Of a stretch of DNA of 64,000 bases, positions 28,587 to 36,362 are shown piece after piece; within the stretch, counting starts at the first letter, position 1; each line of letters opens with the position of its first letter. A model generated the notes under the pieces. The model saw only the letters and a program-made list of their open reading frames with translations. It had not been told where the DNA came from and did not search any database. The translations under genes were made by a program, and so were the position numbers. The stretch is from Candidatus Saccharimonadia bacterium (lineage in GTDB: Bacteria > Patescibacteriota > Saccharimonadia > UBA4664 > JBBRNT01). Where the stretch lies: contig JBBRNT010000002.1 of the NCBI GenBank assembly GCA_038230095.1, positions 101,341 to 165,340 of the forward strand. The letters run 5' to 3'.

Positions 28587-29558
28587 ATGCAATTTTTGCC
28601 CGTCGCTCTGCTCACTGTCTTGTTCGTAGCCATGTCGGCGGTCTGCTCCGGGCTGAACCTGTCGCTCATGGCACTCGACCTGCCCGATCTGAAGCGCAAG
28701 GCCAAGCTGGGTGACCCCCGTGCAATACGGGTGCTACCATTGCGCCAAAACAGCCACCTGAGCCTGGCTAGCATTCTCTTGACCAACGTGGCGGTTATCT
28801 CCACGACTTCGCTGGTACTCGAGCACCAGTTTAATGGCATCATTGCCGGCATTGCCAGCACCATGCTCATAGTGGTGTTTGGCGAGATCTTGCCACAGGC
28901 GTACTTTGTGCAGCGTTCGCTCGTAATTACGTCCTTCTTTGCTCCCCTACTACGAGTCATGATTGTGGTGACCTATCCCATAGCCAAGCCCCTACAGCTA
29001 CTGCTGGACCGCTTGTTTCGGGCACATGACGACAGCCTGCATACCAGGCAGGAGCTAGGCCTGATTATTGCCGAGCACATTGACCATGACGGCAGCGAGC
29101 TGGACGATGACGAAGTTACTATTATCCGTGGTGCGCTCAAGCTGAGTGAGAAACGGGTACGTGACATTATGACACCCCTCGACCAGGCCTACTGGATGAC
29201 ACCCAATACCCTCATTGATGCCGACAAGATTGATGAGATCCAGGACGAGAACTGGAGCCGTATTCCCATCCTGAATCCTCAGCTGACCGAGTGCTACGGC
29301 GTACTGCTCATGAAGGATCTGGTCGACATAGACTTTGACGAGCGGCCATATGCCGTGCACGAGCTGGAGCTCCATCCGACCAAGGTAGTGGGTAATATGA
29401 CGGCGCTGGACACCATGTTCCGCAAGTTTATCGGCTCGCATGCTCATCTTATGCCGGTAGAGCGCGGCGATAAGATTGTGGGCATTGTGACCATTGAGGA
29501 CCTTATAGAAGAGATTATTGGCCAGGAGATAGAAGACGAGACGGATGTGGAAGCCTAA
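28587..29558 (+). CDS. CNNM/CorC-family divalent cation transporter (DUF21 transmembrane domain plus CBS pair)
   Basis: It has a DUF21 membrane region and two CBS motifs. A TATAGT hexamer lies 7 nt upstream of the ATG, so the mRNA may be leaderless. Confidence 0.75.
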   Translation: MQFLPVALLTVLFVAMSAVCSGLNLSLMALDLPDLKRKAKLGDPRAIRVLPLRQNSHLSLASILLTNVAVISTTSLVLEHQFNGIIAGIASTMLIVVFGEILPQAYFVQRSLVITSFFAPLLRVMIVVTYPIAKPLQLLLDRLFRAHDDSLHTRQELGLIIAEHIDHDGSELDDDEVTIIRGALKLSEKRVRDIMTPLDQAYWMTPNTLIDADKIDEIQDENWSRIPILNPQLTECYGVLLMKDLVDIDFDERPYAVHELELHPTKVVGNMTALDTMFRKFIGSHAHLMPVERGDKIVGIVTIEDLIEEIIGQEIEDETDVEA

Positions 29559-29626
29559 CTCCCCTATTTCTGGGTGATTTAGCCCGGATAAATCCAGATC
29601 ATTTGGCAGTTTCTCGATAGAAACAC

Positions 29627-29655
29627 TTGACAAATGTATGTATATGTACTATAAT
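29627..29655 (+). promoter_or_regulatory. Perfect-consensus sigma70 promoter: TTGACA (29627-29632), 17-nt spacer, TATAAT (29650-29655)
   Basis: The hexamers and spacer length were read directly from the sequence. Confidence 0.6.
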
Positions 29656-29725
29656 GTCTGACACTGAATGCAATTAGGCATAAGTAATCCGGTAATCCCG
29701 GATCGTTCAAAGGATCTTTCACACA

Positions 29726-30144
29726 TGTTCACCATCATCCTGTTCATCGCCCGCAAGCTCTTTCCGGAGTACGCGGACCGCATCCGCTCGGCCAAGCGCA
29801 TCATCAAGGCAGTCGAGCTTGCGGTGCTGCTATTCGCAGTCGGCGTCGTTGGCTCGATGATCATCTGGCTGTCGGGCCACCACGGGGCCGCCTGGGCAGT
29901 CCTGCTCATCGGCATTGCAGGCTCCATGTTCTTCAGCTATCGCTCCTACATGAGCGGCCGACAGCTCGCGCGTAACATCAGCAATGATGTTCGTGGCGGT
30001 CTGAGCCGGGTGCAAAACACTCCGGTATGGCATGGAGATGACCTCCCGTCACTTGCTTCCCGCTACGGTCGCCCTAGCAGCAGGAATCCTTTCCTGGATC
30101 TGCTGGATGACGACCTGCCCGGTGGTAAGCGCTACGAGCCCTGA
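29726..30144 (+). CDS. Small membrane protein (two transmembrane helices), hypothetical; the ORF is open from 29668 but an AAAGGA Shine-Dalgarno sequence precedes the ATG at 29726
   Basis: It is hydrophobic (FTIILFIARKLF and AVELAVLLFAVGVVGSMIIWL...LLIGIAGSMFF) and is followed by a GC-rich hairpin plus TTTT at about 30150-30215. Confidence 0.4.
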
Positions 30145-30454
30145 GCTCACCGTCCTCCCAAAATCCCCCGCTTGCGCGGGCTGTACCCCTTACCGGGTAC
30201 GGCTCGCCCGGCGGGGTTTTGCTTTGGTAGGCAAAAAACGCCCTCGGAATCTGATCTAGTTATCTGGTCTCGAGGGCCTTGGGATTAGCGGATGTCGGCG
30301 AGGACTGGGCGGCAGGCCCGGTAGGCACCAGGTGCAATGGGCATAATTATATGGCTAGTTGTGGGTTTGCAAAGGGAAAGCGAGCTGATGCTAGCCTATC
30401 CGATATGCAAATAGTAGTGAAATTATTAGATGAAACAAGTCTGCGAGAGCCGGT

Positions 30455-31078
30455 TTAACGTAAGTCTTTACCAGCTATCTCCGCTTTTAGCGTTACCAGG
30501 TATTCGTTCATAAAGTCGTATCGTTTTTTGCCCAGTCTTTTGCCGGTAGCTGTGTGTAGAAGGCCACCGTTTAAGTCAACCCACTCCATTTGAAAGGCAA
30601 TTTGCCCACAGATAGTTGTGGCTCTGCGCTCCCCTGCACCCGGGATTATATTTTTCGGTTCATAGTCAGGTAGGTGTGCCTTCGAGGTCGATGCCCGCAT
30701 AATGCCTATAGCCCCTAAGCCATCAATCATATCAGCATCTTGGACTATATGAGTTAGCAAGCCTTCAGTTTTCGCTTCACTATGGTCAGAAACTGCAGCT
30801 AGTATTCTTTGTACCGCCGTCACCTCGAATGATGTGTAATCTTCGAGGAGTTTCTTAGCCAGTGGCACACCTGCAGGCCCGTGACCTTTTTCCTCATCTT
30901 GTATCGTGCGGCCCATATCATGAAGTAGAGCGGCAACTTCTGCTTCGTTAACATCGTAGCCTTCCTTCAGCGCAATGTACTTAGCTATGCTTGCTGTTCT
31001 AGCGACATGTTTCATGTCGTGAGCGACATGAAAGGATTTGCTAAAATGGCCGGCGACTGCATCGTATAACTTTTGCAT
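30455..31078 (-). CDS. HD-domain phosphohydrolase
   Basis: It has HD-motif residues (HDMKHVARTA...LLHDMGR...DAD). Confidence 0.7.
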   Translation of the reverse strand: MQKLYDAVAGHFSKSFHVAHDMKHVARTASIAKYIALKEGYDVNEAEVAALLHDMGRTIQDEEKGHGPAGVPLAKKLLEDYTSFEVTAVQRILAAVSDHSEAKTEGLLTHIVQDADMIDGLGAIGIMRASTSKAHLPDYEPKNIIPGAGERRATTICGQIAFQMEWVDLNGGLLHTATGKRLGKKRYDFMNEYLVTLKAEIAGKDLR

Positions 31079-31210
31079 TAACTAATTATAGCAATACTTT
31101 ATTGGCATACGGTCACTCTACTCTCTAACAAAATTGTGATGGGTTAACAGCAAATGGTGAGCAAAACTCTGACGATACAGATATAAATAAGCCATTTTGC
31201 ACATTTTAGA

Positions 31211-31387
31211 CTAGTCCCATGGGGAAGGCGGACTGCGTCCTTCTCCGCTCGCCCATTCTCGATGCTAGCATCTGCGAGTGGGCTTGCTACGCCGAACCCC
31301 CGCGCTGGCGCGCTCTTCGGGGTTCGCTCCCCCTCGGTAGAAATACCATAATAAAAACCCCATCTTTCGATGAGGTTTTTATTATGG
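31211..31387 (-). repeat. Tandem repeat unit 2: long GNRA hairpin with U-tract (31336-31387), then a body of about 125 nt ending in a degenerate copy of the tRNA-Glu 3' end (CCCCATGGGACTAG, 31211-31224)
   Basis: Its architecture is paralogous to unit 1. The hairpin CCATAATAAAAACC-CTCATC-GAAA-GATGGGG-GGTTTTTATTATGG is fully paired only as minus-strand RNA (U-G wobble). Confidence 0.5.
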
Positions 31388-31552
31388 TAGTCCCACGGGG
31401 GAATGTGGCTACGCCACTTCCCTCGGTGCTCGGGGAGTGCGTGAGCAAGCTCCCCACTCCCCTGTGCGCCTCGTCCACCGAACCCTGCGGGTCCTCTTCC
31501 CGTCGAAGTAATTACCATAGAAAAAGCCCCAGACGAGCTGAGGCTTTTTCTA
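31385..31552 (-). repeat. Tandem repeat unit 1: hairpin with U-tract (31515-31555), then a body of about 128 nt ending in an exact 19-20-nt copy of the tRNA-Glu 3' end including ACCA (31385-31404)
   Basis: TTCCCCCGTGGGACTACCA (minus strand) matches the tRNA-Glu 3' end TTCCCCGTGGGACTACCA. Internal stems show compensatory changes relative to unit 2. Confidence 0.5.
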
Positions 31553-31627
31553 TGGTAGTCCCACGGGGAATCGAACCCCGGTTGCCGGAATGAGAATCCG
31601 GTGTCCTAACCGCTAGACGATGGGACC
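31553..31627 (-). tRNA. tRNA-Glu (anticodon CUC) with encoded CCA
   Basis: It folds by hand into a cloverleaf: acceptor GGUCCCA/UGGGACU, anticodon stem CCGGA/UCCGG with loop UUCUCAU, and T-arm CGGGG-UUCGAUU-CCCCG. Confidence 0.8.
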
Positions 31628-31822
31628 TCGTCGGAGTGTATGCTACTGCTTACGTCATACCCTATGACTTCAGCATGCGCTACGCTCCTCCTCTGCCTTC
31701 GCCACACAGGCTACGCCTTGGTCTGGCTCGGCCTACTAGCTGCGGGAAAAATGCAGCAGAACGAGGGCATTAGAACCAGATTAGAATACCATTTTGGTGA
31801 GAGTTTGTCGAGCTGTTTTTGG

Positions 31823-32959
31823 CTACTTGGAGGCGATGACAACGGGGAGCGGAGGCTTGCGGCTAGCCCAGAGTGCCTTGGTGATGGCGCCAATGCCCAG
31901 CGCAGAGGCTAGCAGGCTCATGAGCCCGCCTAGTACCGGGACAAAACCCAGAATCCAGAGTAACAGGAGCCCCGCGGTGGTGGCGGCCACTAGCCCTACC
32001 GGCTGGTTTAGGAGCCGGGCCAGCTGCTGGCCTATCCAGAGCGCCGCCACAATAGGCCCAACGAAGAGTAGAAGAAAATAGGCGCCAAAGATGGTCAGGC
32101 CAAGAGGAATGCCGAGGATAGAGATGGTAAGGAGGATACCGGCAACTGGTGCGATAAATAGCACTGCCATGCCCGTAAGAATGGTCTGGCCAGGCTTACC
32201 AGCAATCTGGTCAATGCCTTGCTTCCAGGCTAAGGGGAAGAGCTTCATGAGGACCGCAGCGGCAATAAGGGTGGCTAGGAGCCAGATAAAGCCCCAGATA
32301 GCATTGCCACGCTCCAGGTTGTCTCGGGCGGCTGCTCCCCATTGTAGCTGGGGCGGGTTGTGGCGGGTTGTGGCACCGCCAATGCTGGTACCTGGAGTGG
32401 CCACTAGGTCTGTATCGCTCCAGTAGTTCAGATTGCCGCCGACCTTACTGTCCTTACCGAGTCGTAGGGTGGTGGTGCCAGCGTCGGCATAGCTGGTAAC
32501 AGTACCATTAAGGGCTACCTCGGCGGCGGCTAGCTTGGAGTAGCCACCGACCGTGCCGTCTAGAGCAATACGGCTGCCGGCTAGGAAGGCATTGCCAGCC
32601 ACGGTAGTGTCCTTGCGTAGGTGTACGTCGCTACCGAAGGCGTAGACATTGCCACTGACATTACCGACTATCTCGATATTGCCCACGATGGCATAGACAT
32701 TGCCGCCAACCGTACCATTGATGACTAGCGTACTACCGGCGGCGTAGACGCTACCGGCAACGGCACCGTTTACTACCATCTCGCGTCCAGCTAGGTAGGC
32801 GTCACCAGTGACACTGTCCCCTACTGTTATGGCCTGGCCAGCCTGGTAGTGGTCCTGGCGGGAGGGCTGGTCACTACTGGCAGCCAAAGCGGCGAGCGGT
32901 ACAATAAGCGTGGTTATAGCCATAAATGCGGCGAGTACGGTGCGACGAGGTTGGTTCAT
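31823..32959 (-). CDS. Secreted/membrane protein with a bactofilin-like or DUF2154-like beta-helix repeat domain (GxVxGxV repeats) and a C-terminal polytopic membrane domain; LiaF-like candidate partner of the adjacent two-component system
   Basis: It has a signal peptide (MNQPRRTVLAAFMAITTLIVPLAALA), repeats such as AGSVYAAGSTLVINGTVGGNVYAIVGNIEIVGNVSGNVYAF, and four or five C-terminal transmembrane helices. The start was set at 32959 using an AGGAG Shine-Dalgarno sequence. Confidence 0.5.
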   Translation of the reverse strand: MNQPRRTVLAAFMAITTLIVPLAALAASSDQPSRQDHYQAGQAITVGDSVTGDAYLAGREMVVNGAVAGSVYAAGSTLVINGTVGGNVYAIVGNIEIVGNVSGNVYAFGSDVHLRKDTTVAGNAFLAGSRIALDGTVGGYSKLAAAEVALNGTVTSYADAGTTTLRLGKDSKVGGNLNYWSDTDLVATPGTSIGGATTRHNPPQLQWGAAARDNLERGNAIWGFIWLLATLIAAAVLMKLFPLAWKQGIDQIAGKPGQTILTGMAVLFIAPVAGILLTISILGIPLGLTIFGAYFLLLFVGPIVAALWIGQQLARLLNQPVGLVAATTAGLLLLWILGFVPVLGGLMSLLASALGIGAITKALWASRKPPLPVVIASK

Positions 32960-32966
32960 AGGGCTC

Positions 32967-33347
32967 CTAGATACCGAGTGAGGCAATAATTTCGAGTAGC
33001 TGCGAGGGTACCACATCGGCCTTTATGAGGTAGCCGTCGGCCTTGGCTTTCAGCGCGTCCTTAGAGGCGGCGTCCTGAGCCAGATTGGTCAGTACAATAA
33101 TGCGGCTGTCGGGGAAGCCGGAGCCGTCTTCGCCACGGAGCTTGTGTAAGATCTCTATACCGGTCATTTCTGGCATCATAATGTCTAGTAGGATCAGATC
33201 GTACCCGCCTGCCTGGGCCTTGGCGTAGCCCTCCGTACCGGTATAAGCAAAGTCTACCGTGTAGCCGGATTTCCTAAGTACACGCGAGTACATGTCGCTA
33301 ATAAAGCGGTCGTCCTCAACGAACAGAATTTTTTTTGATCCAGCCAT
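32967..33347 (-). CDS. Single-domain response regulator (receiver only)
   Basis: It is a CheY-like receiver (KILFVEDD...LILLDIMMPEMTG) of 126 aa. Confidence 0.85.
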   Translation of the reverse strand: MAGSKKILFVEDDRFISDMYSRVLRKSGYTVDFAYTGTEGYAKAQAGGYDLILLDIMMPEMTGIEILHKLRGEDGSGFPDSRIIVLTNLAQDAASKDALKAKADGYLIKADVVPSQLLEIIASLGI

Positions 33348-34839
33348 GAGCTTTCTCCTTGACCCCTTTTAGAGTATTATCCGGCACTTCGCCATTCCCC
33401 GCAACCGGGAAGCGGAACCCGAAGGTGGAGCCGCTACCTAGCTCGGACTCTACCCAAATGTGGCCGTGGTGGGCCTCGACGATAGACTTGGAGATAAATA
33501 AGCCCAGCCCGGTACCCTTGGTGGTATGTAAGCCCTCCACCCGGTAGAACTTGGTGAATAGCTTGGGTAGGGCCTCTTTGGGTATACCACTGCCAGTATC
33601 TGTCACTAGCACCTCTAGCTCGTCCCCAACTGCTTTCGTAGAGACGGTAATAGTGCCGGTGGGGGTATGGTTCATGGCATTCTCGACTAGGTTGTTTAGG
33701 ACCTCGGTCATACCGACTTCATCAATAATAATCTTGGGGAGCTTGGCCGGCGCCTGCAGTTTAAAGCTGAGGCCCTGGACGTGCGCGCGGGTGGTGTAAT
33801 CCTTCTGCAGCCCCTTGAGCCACTTGCTTGTGTCTATCTGCTGGAAGTTCAGCGCCAGATCGCCGCGCTCAATGTGGCTAATGTTTAGCAGATTGTTGAT
33901 CACTCCAGCGAGCTGCTTGGCCGAGAGCTCAGTACGGGTAATAATCTCTATTTCCTCGTCATTCAGCTTGCCGTCTAGCTCCATACGGAGGACGTCGAGA
34001 TAGCCCTTAATAGCGGTTACAGGGGTGCGGAGCTCGTGGGCGGCGAGGGCGACGAAGTCTACCTTCATTTCCTCTAGATTATGCGATTTGGTAAGGTCAT
34101 GGAAGGTCACCAGGGCTTGGATACCATTGGGGTCCTCGGGGAGCTTCACTGCCCGGACGTCCACATACAGAACCTCCCCATCGGCACGGTACAGCTGCAG
34201 ATTGCGCCACTCGCCTTGCTCGCGCTTGGCTACCCGGCGGTCGGCCAGCCAGCTGGCCATAATGAGCTCGCCGTCGCGGCGGAAGGGCATGACCTTCTCG
34301 GACAATTGCCCGGCTACCTCAGCGATACTCCGACCAGTCAGCTCCTGGGCGGCCTTATTGAAGAGCATGATACGATCGGCTTTATCTATGGCAAAGACAC
34401 CATCGTCCATACTGTCCAGTACGGCGCGGAGCTTGTTGCGCTCGGCGGAGATGACCTCCGTCTCGCCGGTGGCCTGCGAGACAATCCCTTGCATACCAGC
34501 CGCAATGTCATTTAGGTCGGCAGCCATGCTAGCAAACTCTGAGTCATGCTGGAAGTGGGTGCGGTAGCTCAGATTGCCTTGCTTCATCTGGTAGATGGCT
34601 TCGCTAATCAGCTTAATAGGGTGGCTCAGTAGCTCCGCGAAGATAAGGCCAAGAATAATTGCGGGCAGCAACCCAAGAATAGCGATGGGTACAGCAATGC
34701 CACCCAAGCCGAGTAGGCTGCTGCCGGGGGTGTTGCGGGTGACGACATACCATAGACTACTCACGATAAGGGCCGGAAATAGCCCAACGGCAAAGAACAA
34801 GACGATGGCTTGGCGGCGGAATTTTTCGCTTTCTCTCAC
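33316..34839 (-). CDS. Sensor histidine kinase (two transmembrane segments, HAMP, PAS, HisKA, HATPase_c)
   Basis: It has the H-box AHELRTPVTAIKGY and G-boxes GTGLGLFI. Confidence 0.85.
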   Translation of the reverse strand: MRESEKFRRQAIVLFFAVGLFPALIVSSLWYVVTRNTPGSSLLGLGGIAVPIAILGLLPAIILGLIFAELLSHPIKLISEAIYQMKQGNLSYRTHFQHDSEFASMAADLNDIAAGMQGIVSQATGETEVISAERNKLRAVLDSMDDGVFAIDKADRIMLFNKAAQELTGRSIAEVAGQLSEKVMPFRRDGELIMASWLADRRVAKREQGEWRNLQLYRADGEVLYVDVRAVKLPEDPNGIQALVTFHDLTKSHNLEEMKVDFVALAAHELRTPVTAIKGYLDVLRMELDGKLNDEEIEIITRTELSAKQLAGVINNLLNISHIERGDLALNFQQIDTSKWLKGLQKDYTTRAHVQGLSFKLQAPAKLPKIIIDEVGMTEVLNNLVENAMNHTPTGTITVSTKAVGDELEVLVTDTGSGIPKEALPKLFTKFYRVEGLHTTKGTGLGLFISKSIVEAHHGHIWVESELGSGSTFGFRFPVAGNGEVPDNTLKGVKEKAHGWIKKNSVR

Positions 34840-34907
34840 CTCATTATTCTAATGCTTGGCGCCTGTGATGGCTAGTGGCATTCGGTCTCGACTGATATAG
34901 TGGAAGC

Positions 34908-35372
34908 ATGAAGAATAAAATTACTATCATCGTGATTAGTATTGTCGTTATCGGCGGTATTGGCACAGCGGTCATACTGCTCAAGCGCTCAGCTAACAAA
35001 GGAGAAACAGCAATGGAAAACAATCAAAGCACTACACCAGTAACCAATCAGGCTAACGGGCTCAAGGTAGAAGACACGGCCGTGGGTACGGGTACGGAGG
35101 CTACTGCCGGCAAGAAGATTACTGTAAACTACACTGGCACGCTGACAGACGGCACCCAGTTTGATACCTCCATTGGGCGCTCCCCGTTTAGCTTTACGCT
35201 GGGTTCTGGTGAGGTTATTAAGGGTTGGGACCAAGGCTTTAGTGGTATGAAGGTGGGCGGCAAGCGTAAGCTCACTATTCCGCCTGAGTTGGGCTATGGT
35301 GCCAATGCCAATGGTAAGATCCCAGCTAACTCTACGCTGCTCTTTGACGTAGAACTACTCAACGTAGAGTAG
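34908..35372 (+). CDS. FKBP-type peptidyl-prolyl cis-trans isomerase, membrane-anchored
   Basis: It has the FKBP core ...KITVNYTGTLTDGTQFDTS...FTLGSGEVIKGWDQGFSGMKVGGKRKLTIPPELGYG. Confidence 0.85.
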   Translation: MKNKITIIVISIVVIGGIGTAVILLKRSANKGETAMENNQSTTPVTNQANGLKVEDTAVGTGTEATAGKKITVNYTGTLTDGTQFDTSIGRSPFSFTLGSGEVIKGWDQGFSGMKVGGKRKLTIPPELGYGANANGKIPANSTLLFDVELLNVE

Positions 35373-35395
35373 CGGCGTAATCGCCCTGTTGCTCC

Positions 35396-35570
35396 TTGAA
35401 AGACCCCTTCGGGGGTTTTTTGTTCCTAGTGAGGCTAGAGAAGAAATTCTCCCTACCTCCCATTTCAGCTATGACCGCGCTCGGTACTAGGCTACGCAAC
35501 ATCTCTGTCTTTCCTACTTTTGGCGGACGAGCAAAAGTAGGCAAAACTCTTGTCTATAGCTAACTACTCT
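35396..35570 (+). repeat. Copy A of a roughly 180-bp conserved intergenic element: GC hairpin terminator with T-tract, then CATTTCAGCTATG, a 9-bp AT-rich hairpin (CTACTTTTG...CAAAAGTAG, 35514-35540) and CAAAACTCTTGTCTATAGCNAACTACTC
   Basis: By my manual alignment it is about 80% identical to copy B at 51232-51410, in the same orientation and the same context (directly after the stop of a + strand gene, in a convergent intergenic region). Confidence 0.55.
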
Positions 35571-35688
35571 CTCGCGAGACACTACCCCCTCATTGCAAGC
35601 ACAGGTACCATTCTGGTCCCCGGGGTAAGAGTACGTTAGTCCCTGGCTTGGCTTTAGATGTTAATTGCCGAGGTGGGGGTATAAAGTA

Positions 35689-36360
35689 CTATTTCAGTGG
35701 GGCGGAGGCCTGGCGGTTGTTGTCGCAGAACCGAGCAGCGTGGCTTTCGCGGCAGAGATTGTAGCCCATAACGCTTCCAAGCATTTGTGTGACGTCTATA
35801 TTAAAGCCCACGGCGGGGCCGGCTACGAGTCTGATCTGTACCGGGATGGTGCCTGCGCTGAGGCTCTCAACCACGCGGAAGCTCCCACGCGACAGGTCTA
35901 TGACCCGGCCAGTCCAAACTTCTGGACCGTAGTCATTTACTAGGCAAGTCACTTTCTTCCCATTGCGCAGATTGGTCACTTCTAGGTAGCTCCCCCGGCC
36001 AAAGGTGCGTGAGGCACAGGTGAGCGAGTCTGGGGAGGGCAACCCCAACGCATACCATGAGCCTTGGCCTGTCAGACTGGAGGAGGGCGCTACTACGGGG
36101 GCGGGGGCCGGTGCAGGGGCTGGCTCGGCAATAGTGGTACCGGGGTGGAGCTGGTTGCCCAGCTGTAGACCCAGACTTGGCCGGGTGGCGGCGAGGGCAA
36201 CGGCTAACGAACCTCCGCACAAGGCTACTACCAGAATAAAGAAGCCGCGGGTAATGTGCTTGGCATGCTTGTGCTTAATAATGCGTTTGCCGGCGAGAGC
36301 ATTGCGAGTGAGCCGGTGCAGCTTACGAGCATGCTTATTAATAGTGTGCCTGGCTGACAT
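35689..36360 (-). CDS. RlpA-like double-psi beta-barrel (DPBB) protein, membrane-anchored (septal lytic transglycosylase-like)
   Basis: It has GQGSWYA...NGKKVTCLVNDYGP...GRVIDLSRGSF RlpA DPBB motifs, an N-terminal transmembrane segment and a PAPAPAPA linker. Confidence 0.6.
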   Translation of the reverse strand: MSARHTINKHARKLHRLTRNALAGKRIIKHKHAKHITRGFFILVVALCGGSLAVALAATRPSLGLQLGNQLHPGTTIAEPAPAPAPAPVVAPSSSLTGQGSWYALGLPSPDSLTCASRTFGRGSYLEVTNLRNGKKVTCLVNDYGPEVWTGRVIDLSRGSFRVVESLSAGTIPVQIRLVAGPAVGFNIDVTQMLGSVMGYNLCRESHAARFCDNNRQASAPLK

Positions 36361-36362
36361 GA

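Noticed and set aside
31140-31560. tmRNA (ssrA), standard or two-piece, on the minus strand
   Set aside because: The 5' ends of the units resemble GGGGCUGAUUCUGGAUUCGACGGG. However, there is no plausible tag reading frame ending in an ALAA-type peptide and stop, no acceptor stem pairing the GGGG 5' end with the 3' ACCA end, and no T-loop. I left it unclassified pending a covariance-model search.
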